A program made the position numbers and the translations under genes. The notes under the pieces were generated by a model. It made no database searches. It was not told where the DNA came from and was given only the letters and a program-made list of their open reading frames with translations. DNA of 60,995 nt, counting the filler, from Jimgerdemannia flammicorona (taxonomy: Eukaryota), in NCBI GenBank assembly GCA_003990765.1. It is 3 parts of 3 records of this genome, joined end to end, with 100 filler letters (N's around TTAATTAATTAA, not from the genome) between each part and the next. Parts side by side here need not be neighbours in the genome. Positions count along the whole stretch, not along the records: positions 20,369 to 40,635 come from RBNJ01001721.1; 2 more parts are not named here. One strand, written 5' to 3'. Positions 24,966-37,263 of the stretch are shown piece after piece (the first letter of the stretch is position 1; every line of letters starts with the position of its first letter).

Positions 24966-26466
24966 TGTCATGTAGTGGTCGCTGAGTTCTTCAAATACAC
25001 TAGATTCTCTTCAAGGTGTATCTCTTAGACTAACTCAAGTTGTTATAAGCAAGTTCTTATTGGAGTGCCTTTCTAAGGTCTTATAGTCCTCAAACTTCTT
25101 ATCTTTAACTGTCTTGTTATCTCTTAGATTGCTTGCAAGGAAGTGTGTGTATTGTACTGAGAAGAACTGACTTTATTTCAGAGGAAATAAGAGGGGTATT
25201 TATACAAAATATAATTCAATGGTTGCTAAGATATAAAGCTAAATATAAATTCCAATAACTAAAACTACTAAGTTCCAGGGCTGGCATTATTTAGTGTCAC
25301 ATCAAAAATGCTGGTGCTGGAACAATTTCACATCACCTCAGAATACTGGTGCTGGCATTATCCAGTATAACACAGAACTTAAAGCAGAAAGTTCAGGACT
25401 ATGGGAGCTTTATTCTCATCATCATCATCACTGAAGGAGATGAGATCTGCGAATTTGTCATTTTCACATACTTCGTTATGTGTCTCATGTATGTTGATAT
25501 CATACAGGATGATGTCATCACTGATGACGTCATCACATTCAGCTATAGCAGGAAAATCGGGAACAAGATCTGGAGCTCTCCAGTCTATGAGGTTCTCTTC
25601 CACAAAATAGGGAACAAATGTGAGGTCTTAGGGAGGTCTAACCTAGATGCTTGGGCCTTAGAATACTGAGATCAATTCTTGCAGGAATTGGTCTGGGTTG
25701 TCTTGAAGGATAGGGTGCCAGAAGTCTTCTACTTCTTTGCTGTTGAGGGTGATAGTGGACTGGGCTTCTGTAGTCACCCTGGCTTCTAGTACATTGATAC
25801 GGTGAGATGATAGGTCTCTGAAATCTGAGACTCTAACATACTCCAAGTTGGGGATTGACCATAGTGCATGCCTGAAGATCTGATGGATCTTCTTAGCTGT
25901 TCTTGTTTCGCATATATCCATGAGAGTGGCATCTTATAGCTCTTGGGTGCTGGCCTGTGGGAACTCCCAGCAGAGGAGGTTTCCTATTTCATACTCCTGC
26001 TACATTTGGAGGCATTCGGTAGCAATGGTGATCCTTGTTTCCATTTCATGGCAGTAGAGAATGAAGTGATAAGGGTCCGCAGTACCCAGGTTGACACTAG
26101 GAGTCCTTCTTGAGTGGGTCCTCATGGCTCTTCTGATGTCTTGGAACATCCTTTCCTCAACCAAGATACCTTGGTGATTCCTTGACCTTGAGGTTTGGCA
26201 TGCAGCAGGTATTTTTGTTTATGGTAAGTCTTTGAGCTATTTTGAGATTGATAGTTCTTGTTGGTTACTGCTACTGCGGTTCCTTGATCCTTCTTTTATA
26301 TTCTTCAGGATACTTGTACTATAGTCACAATGACTCACAGTTGGTCATCATTGCTCATCTTGTATGCCGTATGATCTTCTTATGCTCCGATCTGGTGGCT
26401 TGCAAGAAAAGACTGTCTCCTGTGCTGATGTCATCATTCTGGGGTCACCATTATACTATGTAATCA
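24966..26466 (-). mobile_element. Solo LTR of Gypsy family B (~1.5 kb) nested in the RT of family A
   Basis: Reverse complement of 30566-32087; termini TG..CA. Confidence 0.88.
25379..26465 (-). pseudogene. Relic accessory reading frame (~360 codons) in U3 of LTR B
   Basis: One frame runs from the LTR edge (DYIV*W*PQNDDIST..) through EERMFQDIRRAM, YCHEMETRITIATECLQ, MDICETRTAKKIHQIFRHALW to an acidic tail DLISFSDDDDENKAPIVLNFLL*. I saw no frameshift, and the stops are of the kind made by single C>T/G>A changes. The same peptide occurs at 30818-31030 (+). Confidence 0.65.
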
Positions 26467-29400
26467 ATGTTTAAACCCAAAATATATATATGTATATATG
26501 TATATATATATGTCTTATTTGGGAAGTCCAAAAAAGGAAAGGATATGAAAAAGGGAAAGAGCTATAAAGTTCAGCCCAGCCTGGCAGAAGCAAGCATGGA
26601 AAAAAAGGAAAACCAAAGAGGGAGATGGTAGGTGGGAAAAAGGAGATGAGTGGTAGAGTGAACAAGTGGTAAAGCAGATAATTGAGTTATTCCACTGAGT
26701 GTCCAATGTGTAAGCAGTATATCTATCTTAGGTACTAGCTAGCATATATGAATTGCATAGAGGTACAAAATGTCTTTGGTACTAAATGTCTAGAATCAGC
26801 ATATATATACAATGTAAGACCTCTTCACCCACTTCTAACCTGTGACTGCAAGTAACTAATTGATACATATTTATTGACTCATAATCTCGATTGATATTAC
26901 CTATGTAATCTTTCTTGATAACCAAGTTGAGCTTTCTATAATTAGTACAGAGTCTTGGAGTAAATTCTTCTAACTTGCTTTCTTTTTTTGAGACTAGTAT
27001 AACTAGTGAAGCCCAGGGGCTACTGGCTTCTTTAATAATACTGGCTTCTTCTATCTGCTTGATTTCTTCTCTGAGCCATTTGTAGTAGGCTGGTAGTATT
27101 GGTCTTGCTTTTTGATAGATTGGTTCAGTATCTTTTGTATCTACATTATAATAGTAGTGTGGGGTCTTTTCTTTGATATTCTTGAAATCTGTAGCTAGAA
27201 TATTCTTGAATTCATAGAGTATCTTCTTGAGTTTCTTCTTGAGTGAAAATTTATTTTCAATGGTGTAGTTATGCTTGTTCAGAGTTTCCTCCTTCTTGTA
27301 ATCCAGTTTAGTGATCTTAGCACTAGTAAATACTCCTCTTTCTGTAGATCTGAATCCTTTCCTTCCTCTTTCCATTTCCTCCAACTTCTTGACTTCCATA
27401 ATTTTTAGCTGAAGAACTGGAAAGATCAACATCTATATCAGTTAGTCTTTCTTCTTGATTGGAAATAGAATTATAGGATTATAGTTTCTAGCAATAAGTA
27501 GTATTTCTTCAATATAATCTGAATCAATAACTCCTCCTTCAATTATAATTTCACTCCTAGCCAGACTGCTTCTTGTCTTGAGGATTCTAATATAGTCCTT
27601 TGGAATAGTCATCTCCAGACCAGTTGTAAGTAGAGTGATTGTCTGGCTCTAGTATAGTTTTTTCTACTATGGTAATATCCATTTTGGCTGTATTTTCTGA
27701 CTTATATTCTAGTAGAACTGCATCAGGATAGATTGTTCAAATCTTGACCTTTATTTCTTCTTCATCATCACTGTCCTCCAGAAGAGCTAGTAGTTTGTCA
27801 TCCTCTTTCTCCTTCTCCTCTTCTCTTGCCTGCTTCTCAAGAGCCTTCTGTTTTCTTTCCTGATAGATCTTTCTGATATTAATGCTACATTGGTAGCAGT
27901 CATTGATATGCTCACTATAGTATATCTTGATTCTATAGAGGCAGACTCCTTATAGTGTATATCCTTCTGTGATCTTTCTGCATTAGTTTTCTTTACTAAT
28001 CTATCTAACTTTCTTCTTCTTTTTCTGAATAGTCACTATATAGACTTCTTCTTACTTGCTTTCTTCTTCCACTATCTTAGATAGCACTTCTTTGTTGATA
28101 TTAATGGAGATTTATATCTTCTGGCCTCAGTAGATGATCTGCATCTTCTGAACATTCAGATTAATTATTGTCTTGGCTTTGTAAAGTCACTGGTTGCTGA
28201 TGAGGATGTTATAGTTGGTGGCATTGATCATGATCACATTTACTGGGATAGTTACTCCCTCAAATTTGATGGGAATATCTTGGATCTTTCCCAGAGATAT
28301 AGTCCTTATACTCTACTGTGATAAATATCAGCTTGGTTGCTTCTTCAACCTCCCAACCTAGGCAGTCTACTGCTTTCTTACTAAGGAGACATCCTTCTGC
28401 TCCTATATCAATAATGGCCTTGAAGTATTCTATCTTCAATCTGACAGATTATATAGGCAGAGATCTTGTAATTATCTTTGCTCTCTTCTCTCTGGGTTTT
28501 GTGAAGTTTCTTCTTTTTTTCTCCTTCACTGACTAGAGTGGTTTCTTAAATGATATCTTGGACAGCCTGTTTCAGCTCTATATCTTAATCTATTTCTTTA
28601 TCTTAACATTCTATAGCAGTCTCTATCTGCTTTTCCACAGAGTTCTTCTTAGGTCTCCCTAATGGTCTCTTATAGGATTACTTGCAGACATCTTTCTTAA
28701 TAGTCTTGATAGGGTAGGCTTCTCATTCCTCTTCATCTGATTTCCCAATCTCCTTGAAGGTAATATTCCTTATTTCAAGTAGTATTGCTTAGCTGGGCCT
28801 TATACTTGGTTTTATTCATATATTTATATAAGTAGTGATCTTCTTCTCTATAAGTATAGCAGATATCTCTCTTTTTATCTGAGATGGTGGCAAATTTCTA
28901 AACTGGACACTGGTCTCTTCTTTTAATTTTCTTTACTACATCTTCTAAATAGGCTGTCATTTCAGTAAACTTCTTGGTAAGTTCCTCCATAGGGTCACTA
29001 TTTCTCTGCTACTCAGTAGCTCTTAGCTGAGGTATGTTTTGATTAATCACTATAGTAGGGATCATACTGGTTGCTTGGAGTGGTTTGATTCTAACTCCAG
29101 TGACTCTTTCCATTATATGGTCTTGTAGGTATCTGGCTATCCAATATTGCTAGATATAGGTAATCTTTTGTAGTAGATCTAAAACTATTAGTGATGAGTA
29201 AATAGCTAGGACTATTTCTAGGCAGACTTCTTTTATGAAGATTGCCTTAGCTACTTAATCCTGAATGACATCAGCATAATCTATAAGAATTATCTAATAT
29301 TAGATTCTGGTGTAGAATGTGTTTGGATCCTTACTTATTCCTTAACAGGTTATATTAAGTTGATCCTTCAGAGTATGCTTGATCTCATCTGTATAGTAGG

Positions 29401-30565
29401 TGGCTTGAAGCCAGGTCTTCTGTGCTGCTAGCACTATATTGTCATCATTTTCCACATAGGTTGTGGCTGCAAATACTGCTCTTGCTGGTCCTCAGAGACT
29501 GAAGAGTATGAGAGCTACTTGCTGTATTGCTGTCAAGGTCCTTACAGCAGCATACTGCTCAAAATCATCAATGAAGATAATGATTGATTCATCTGAAGTA
29601 TATTCATAGAATATTGGTAGTCTCATATCCATCTTGTCTAGATGTCTTAATTCGATTTATATGGTTGTTCTGGTGATAGCAGTTATTTGTTATTTAGCTT
29701 AAAAGTGAGGAATTAATCTTAAATCACCAGCCAATAGGCACCAAGTTGTAATGTAGCAGACACATAACAGTATAAGTATATCAGATTTCTGTATCTTGAA
29801 AACTTGATCTTCTTTGACTCTGTAGAGTCCTCAGGAGATAGGGGTGGGTGAGTTTGAAGTATATCTGCCCACAGGCCTATTAGTTTCTTTGATTTCTCTT
29901 TTGCTTTGAACTATTTCAATCTGAGGTTTATTTACTTTGGATACTGAGATATTTATACAAGTTTGCTAGCTATAAGATAGCTAAGTTATGACTATGTTTT
30001 CTATGAGTCATTTTCTATAAGTGTAAATTCTTTATATCTGTACAATCTCTATAATCATGAAGATTCTACATCTGTAGAATTTCTATATTTATAAAGTTTT
30101 TACATTTGTAAAAATATGACTGCTATTTATAAGACTATACTATATTTAAGAATCAGATTCAGATACATACCATGATCAAATATCTATTCTCCTGATTTAT
30201 ATTACTAATTCAGATCAACTATCACAATTGCCAAGATTCTCTATAAAGTTATTTTAAGACAAACTTATTTACTAGATTATCCATGATAGTCAGCCTTTTA
30301 TAGTTATTGAGAATTTAGAGCTAAAAGATCTTTTTGTCTTCTGAAACTGGACATTACTATTTATTCTACTGGAACTATATGAAATAAAATTAGACTGGTC
30401 TTTCAATGAAAATGTGATATTGTTAAAATTATACTATTGGTAAGATTTAATATTTTAATATTAAATATGAATTTGAATATTTTAAAGTTAAATGGCTTTG
30501 AATTGATCTTATTTTGATTTATTTATTTAAAAATAGAATGTAGCTAGTTAAATATTCTTTACTAT

Positions 30566-32523
30566 TGATACATAGTATAATGGTGATCTCAGAATAATAA
30601 CATCAGCACAGGAGATAGTCTTTCCTCACAAGCCACCATATCAGAGCACAAGAAGATCATATGGCATATGAGATGAGCAATGATGACCAACTGTGAGTCA
30701 TTGTGACCATAGTATGAGTATCTTAAGGAATATAAAAGAAGGATCAAGGAACTGCAGTAGCAGCAACCAATAAGACCCACCAATCCCAAAATAGCTTAAA
30801 GATTTACCACAAATGAAATGTCTGTCACTCACCAAATCTCAAGATCAAGAAACTACCAAGGCACCTCAGTTGAAGAAAGGATATTCCAAGACATCAGAAG
30901 AGCCATGGAGACCTACACAAGAAGGACTCCTAGTATTAACCTGGGTACTGCAGACTCTTATCACTATATCCTCTACTATCATGAAATGGAAATAAGGATC
31001 ACTATTGCTACTGAATGCCTCCAAATATAGCAGGAGTATGAAATAGGAAACCTCCTCTGCCAGGAGTTCCTACAGGCCAGCCCTCAAGAGCTATAAGATG
31101 CCACTTCCATAGATATACATAAAGTAAGGATAGCTAAGAAGATCTATCAGATCTTCAGGCATGTACTATAGTTGATCTCCAACTTGGAGTATGTTAGAGT
31201 CTTAGACTTCAGAGACCTATTATCCTGCTGTATCAATACACTAAAAACCAGGGTGGCTATAGTCTACTATCACCCTCAATAGTGATGAAGTAGAAGACTT
31301 CTGACATTCTATCCTTTAGGACAACTCAGACCAATTCCTGCAAGGATTGATCTCAGTATTCTAAGATCCAAGCATCTAGATTAGACCTCCCCAAGACCCT
31401 ACATTTGTTCCTTATTTTGTAAAAGAGAACCTCATAGACTGGAGAGCTCCAGACCTCCTTCTTACTACTGCCAAACATGATAATGTCATCAGCAATGACA
31501 TTATCCCATGTGACATCAAAGTATGTGAAACACATGACCTATATGATGATGATGAATTCACAGATCTCATCTCCTTTAGTGATGATGAGGATGAAGCCCC
31601 CATGGTCCTGAATATTCTGCTCTAAGTTCCTTGGTGATACTAAATTGTTCCAGCACTGGCATTCTGAGGTGATACTGAATTATTTCAGCACTGGTATAAT
31701 ACTGAATTATACCAGCATCCTGAACCTGTGTAACCATCAGTGCTGACCCTAGAACTTAGCAGTTTTTCCTATCCTGGCATTTTATTTTAGTTATTGGAAT
31801 TTATATTTAGCTTTATATCTTAGCAACTATTGAATTATATTTTGTATAAATACCCCTCTTATTTCTTCTGAAATAAAGTCAGTTTCTCTCAGTGCAATAC
31901 ACACACTTCCTTGCAAGCAATCTAAGAGATAACAAGATAGTTTAAAGATAAGAAGTTTGAGGACTATAAGACCTTGAGAAGGTACTCTAATAAGAACTTA
32001 CTTATAACAAACTTATAGTTAGTCTAAGAGATACACCTTGAAGAGAATCTGATGTATTTGAAGGACTCAATGTCCACTACATGACAATGTATATAATATA
32101 GTCTACTCAGTGCAATATACACAATTCCTTGCAAGCAATCTAAAGAGATAATAAGATAGTTTAAAGATAAGAAGTTTGAGGACTATAAGACTTTGGAAAG
32201 GCACTCCAATAAGAACTTGCTTATAACAAACTTATAGTTTGTCTAAGAGATATACCTTGAAGAGAATCTGATGTATTTGAAGGACTCAATGCCCACTATA
32301 TGACAATGTATATAATACAGTTCCTCTCAGTGCAATACATATACTTTCTTGCAAGCAATCTAAGAGATAACAAGACAGTTTAAAGATAAGAAGTTTGAGG
32401 ACTATAAGACCTTAGAAAGATACTCCAATAAGAACTTACTTATAACAAACTTGAGTTAGTTTAAGAGATATATCTTGAAGAGAATCTAGCATATTTGAAG
32501 GACTCAGTGACCACTATATGATA
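30566..32523 (+). repeat. 5' LTR of Gypsy family B: U3 ORF relic (to 31625), short repeats (31635-31720), TATAAATA (~31845), AATAAA (~31872), triplicated ~220-bp 3' end
   Basis: Homology to the solo LTR; followed by a PBS; repeat units at ~31886, 32105 and 32323. Confidence 0.88.
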
Positions 32524-32526
32524 ACT

Positions 32527-32543
32527 TAGTGCCCATTGGCTGG
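32527..32543 (+). promoter_or_regulatory. Primer-binding site shared by families A and B
   Basis: T(A/G)GTGCCCATTGGCTGG 3 nt after the LTR end; family A has TGGTGCCTATTGGCTGG. Cognate tRNA not determined (His- or Gly-like acceptor). Confidence 0.75.
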
Positions 32544-32579
32544 TAATTCAAGATGAATCCCTCACTTTTAAGCTGAAAA

Positions 32580-35500
32580 ATGAACAACCCCCACAATAAC
32601 TACCCTGACTACAAGAGTCACCCCTACAAGAATTCAAGATAAGATAGAAATACATCTCCCCACATTCTATGGATATACTACTGAAGAGTCAATTCTGACC
32701 TTCATTGAAGACTTTAAACAATTCGCTGCTATATGAGCCCTTGGTGTGGATGTACAATTGGCCCTTCTGCCAGTCAGCCTCAGAGGACCTGCCAGAGATA
32801 AGTTCAATATAGCCACTATTGCTGATAATAGTATAGCCAAACTTGCCAACATGAAGGCCTTCCTCAGAACAACATACTATACTGAAGAGATTAAGCAAGC
32901 TCTCAAGGATCAACTCAATACTATCTGCTAGAGACTCAGTAAAGATTTCAACTCATTCTATACCTGAATCTACCACCAGATTGTCTTGGCTGGCTATGAT
33001 GATACCCTCAAGGAACAAATAGTGGATTCAACCTTCCTCAAAGGAGTTCACCCTGAAATTGTCCTAGCAATCTGGTTTACCCTAGCTGCACTGACCCTTG
33101 ATCAGAAAGTGGTCTTTGTACAGAGATATTGGACTATCAGACATCCTGCTGAACACTCAATGGAGAAAATAACTAATATCAAGATAGAGTCATCGAAGCC
33201 AACCAGTATTATATCCACTACAGTTGTAATCAGACAATCATCCCCATCTACCCCCAAGACAGCCAAAGCTGACCCAGTGGAGGAACTCACCAAGCAGTTT
33301 GCCAAAATGACTACACACCTTAGTGATATTGTTAGAGAAGTCTGAAGTACCAACAGGAGACCAGTGCAGAGATTTGCAGCTACTACAGAAGAACACAATA
33401 TCATATACTTCAGATGTAGAGAAGAAGGCCACTATGTAAAGAATTGTATGACTGAAACAAGATGCAAAGTCCAACCAAGCAATGCTAGCAGAACCAGAGA
33501 ACAAACCAATACAGTAGTCATTGAGGAGATTGGTGATACTGATGATGAAGAATACTACAAGGAGCTTGAATTCTACCCTGCTTTTGAAGATACCAGAACC
33601 TGGTCTAAGTCCTATGACAAGAAGAGCAACAGCAAGCCAGTTGGAAGACCAAAGAAGACCTCAGCTGTTACTATTCAAAGCAAGATCCAACCTGAGGAGA
33701 TTGATCAAGATATGGAGTTAGATGAAGCTGCCCACCAAATTATTGAAGGCACTATTTCAGTCTCAGGAGAAAGTGAAAGCAAGAAAGAATAGAAGCTGTA
33801 TAAGACCAAGATCTACCAGTATGATATCTACAAGGACCTCAAGAAACAGAAGACCAATGCTACTTTTGGACAACTAGCTAAAGTCCCTACCTTTAGACAA
33901 TAGTTGAGAGTAGGACTTGCAACTACTGCCAAGAATCAAGAGTACAAGATTATAAAGGCTCACAATGTACAAGAAGAATCTGAAGACTCAGGCAAAGAAT
34001 CTGAAGACTAGTGCAAGACATCAGCCTATATCTCATGTCAAATCAAAGACTGTATCTTTAATGCCATCATTGATACTGGTACTGGAGGATGTCTTATGAG
34101 CAAGAAGACAATTGACCACCTAGGCTGGGACATTGAAGAGTCCACCAAGATGGTCTATGTTACAGCAGATGGTATATGAGCTACTCCTCTTGGCAAAATC
34201 TGAGAAGTCCCCATCAAGATAGAAGGAGCTACTATCCCAGTAGATGTGATTGTTACAAGTACCACCAACTATAACATCCTTATTGGCAACCAATGGCTTT
34301 ACAAGGCCAAGGCCATCATTGACCTCAATGCCCAGAAGATGTAGATTAACTATAGAAGAAGAAAGGTATGAGTCTCTATTAATGTCCACAAAGGAGTCCT
34401 ACCAGATATGGAGAAAGAAGATAAAGAGGACACAGAAGTCTTCATGTACTTGGTGAATAAGAACAAGAACAAGAACAAGACATCCAAGCTCACAGATGAG
34501 TAATAGTACAATAAGATCATTGATGATTATGCCCCTTAAGGAAGATACCCCCATAGTACTAGGATGTACTGCTCTGAACACCTGAATGACTGCTGATTCT
34601 GTATCAGTGAAGTCAGGAAAATCTGCCAACAGAAGCATGAACAAGAAGCTGCCAAAGCAAAGAGGAAAGCTGAAGAAGATGACCAACCCCCCAAGCTTCA
34701 AGCTAACAGTGATGATGAGGAGGAACAAGAACCAGATATCACCCTCAAGGTCAAGAAGTTCTACTCTGAAGCCAAGATCCCAGAATACAAGACTGAAGGA
34801 GCCATAGAAATAGACCTTATCAGTATTAAAGATGCTATCCTTGAACTACAGACCACTACCCTACTTGGCACCAGAATTGGAGTCAAGCTGCCAGAGAACC
34901 ATACTGGAATTATCAAGACTAGGAGCAATCTGGCCAAAAGTGAAATCTCAGTTGAAGGAGGAGTAATTGACCCTGATTACACTGGTGAGATCTTTCTCAT
35001 AGTCAGGAATTACAACCCCATCACTCCATTTAAAGTCAAGAAGTATGACAGGATTGACTAGATACTGATCTACAAAATCAAGAAGCCCAAGATCACTGAA
35101 GCCATCAAACTCATCAAGACCAAGAGAGGAGAACAAGGCTTTGGATCTACAGGAAGAGGAGCCTATACTACTACCAAGATTACCAAACTTGAGCACAAGA
35201 AAGACAAGGACCAGAACAAGCATACATATATCATTGGAGAAAACTTTCCCCTGAAAGAACAACTTCTCAAGATCCTGTACCAGAATAAAGAAGTACTTGC
35301 TATAGACTTCAGGGATATTCACAATCAAGAACCCAAGTACTATCATGAAGTTGATACTGGTGATACCAAGCCCATCTATCAGAAAGCCAGACCCATACCA
35401 TCTGCCTACAGAGAATAGCTGTAAGCAGAACTCAAGGAAATGGAAGAAGCCAGAATTATCAAGCAAGCTATCAGCCTCTAGGCTTCACCCATTGTCCTTG

Positions 35501-37263
35501 CCCCAAAGAAAAGAAGCAAGTCTGGAGAGTTTGTACCAAGACTCTGCATTGACTATAGGAAGCTCAATGTAATTACCAAGAAGAATAGGCAGCTTTTGCC
35601 AAATATTCAAGAAATTCTTACTACTCTTAGAAGTAAAGCCAAATACTACACCACCTTGGATCTGTTTCCAGGCTTCTATCAGATTAGTCTCACTCAAGAT
35701 GCCAGTGAGAAATCAGCTTTCATCATATCTGATACCACCTATATCTACCTGCAAATGCTATTTGGAATGTGCAATGCTCCAGCAAGTTTTCAGTAAATAA
35801 TGAACAGAGTCTTCAGCAATGAAATTGGAAAATGGCTCTTTGTCTATATTGATAATGTGATTATCTTCAGCAACACTACATGGGAACATATCAACTACAT
35901 ATAACTAGCTCTCAAGAAGCTCAAGAAGCATGGCCTCTATATCAAGCCCAAGAAATGTAAGTTTGCAGCTTAGAAAATTGCCTACCTAGGACATCTCATC
36001 AACCAGACTAGAATCCACACAGACCCCATAAAGATCAAGGCTGTTGCAGTCTACCCAAGACCCAGAACAACTACAGAAGTCCATGCCTTTCTTGGACTGG
36101 CCAGCTACTACAGAAGATTCATCAAAGAATACTCCAACATTGCAGCACCTATCTATGAGCTACTGAAGAAGGAAACCAAATTCAAATAGACCAAGAAATG
36201 CCAAGAAACCTTCAATGAACTCAAGACCAGGTTGACCCAAGCATCTATTCTCAGAAGCCAGATTGGAATCTAGAATTCATTCTGCAGACAGATGCAAGTA
36301 CTATAGGACTTGGAGCAGTCCTAGCTCAGAAGAAAGATAGACATAAATATGTCATCTCTTATGCAAGCTGAGATACCCACAGAGTAGAACAAAACTATAA
36401 GTTATGCAAGCTTGAATACTTAGCAGTAGTTTGGGCAGTAGACAAGTTCCACTACTATCTAGCTGGGAAATACTTCACCATTCAAACAGACCATTCCACT
36501 CTTGCCTGGCTATTCTACACTCTGAACCCCAAAGGAATATATACTAGATAGATCTACAGGCTGCAAGAGTATGACTGTACTATTAAGCACCACTCAGGAA
36601 GAACCAACACCAATGCTGATGTACTCTCAAGGATACCCCGAAACACTCCCATCAAGACTATTCAACATAAATAAGGAGTTATACTATGGATTAATTAACT
36701 ATCTTGGACAGTGGAAGATGCTCAACCACCTCAAACCCTAGACAATCACCATCATTAACCAGACTTGGAAATAGTTTGAACTAGACAACACTATACTCAG
36801 AAAAGGAGGAAATCTAGTAATACCTGAACATAAGAAGTATCAAGTAATGAAGAAAGTATATAAGCAAGGATACTTAGGAGGAATCAACACATATGACAAG
36901 ACAAAAAGAACCATATGGTGGTCCAAAATAGAAGAAGACCTATACCAGTTTATCAAAGGGTGTGACAAGTACTAAAAACAGAAATAAGATCAGCAAGACT
37001 AGGCATCCAGGTCATCAAGAATTGAGTCTATCCCCTTCCACCACATTGCAATAGATATTGTTGGACCACTACCAGTAAAACTATCAGGAAACTGCTATAT
37101 TATAGTTATTGTAGACCTCTTTATCAAATGGATAGAAGCAGGAGCATTATAAGAAGCCAATGTCCTCTCCATAGCTGACTTCCTGCACCGAGAAATCATC
37201 TGCCACTACAAGATACTGAAGCAAATCACAATAGACTGCAGCACAGAATTTGTGAATCAAGAA
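32580..37263 (+). pseudogene. Gypsy family B gag-pol (essentially one frame): capsid, CCHC knuckle, protease, dUTPase, RT, RNase H, integrase (truncated by LINE)
   Basis: YFRCREEGHYVKNC; AIIDTGTGG; ASPIVLAPKK..PRLCIDYRKLN; LFVYIDNVIIFS; LQTDASTIGLGAVL; PFHHIAIDIVGPLP. Many transition-type stops. Confidence 0.93.
34744..35153 (+). pseudogene. dut: dUTPase domain within Gypsy pol
   Basis: LKVKKFYSEAKIPEYKTEGAIEIDL; IKTRSNLAK; VEGGVIDPDYTGEI; YDRID*ILI; TKRGEQGFGSTG, i.e. the five trimeric dUTPase motifs. Confidence 0.93.

Larger units (their letters stand above)
22726..30226 (-). mobile_element. Ty3/Gypsy LTR retrotransposon family A, copy 1 (5' LTR-PBS-gag-PR-dUTPase-RT-RNaseH-IN), decayed, interrupted at ~24957-26906
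   Basis: LTR 29747-30226 (TG..CA); PBS TGGTGCCTATTGGCTGG; dUTPase relic ~27340-27755; RT (PWASLVILV..K, PRLCTNYRKLN, IVYVDYDIIYS); integrase ending KIGDKVLMY..KLEPKW. Confidence 0.9.
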
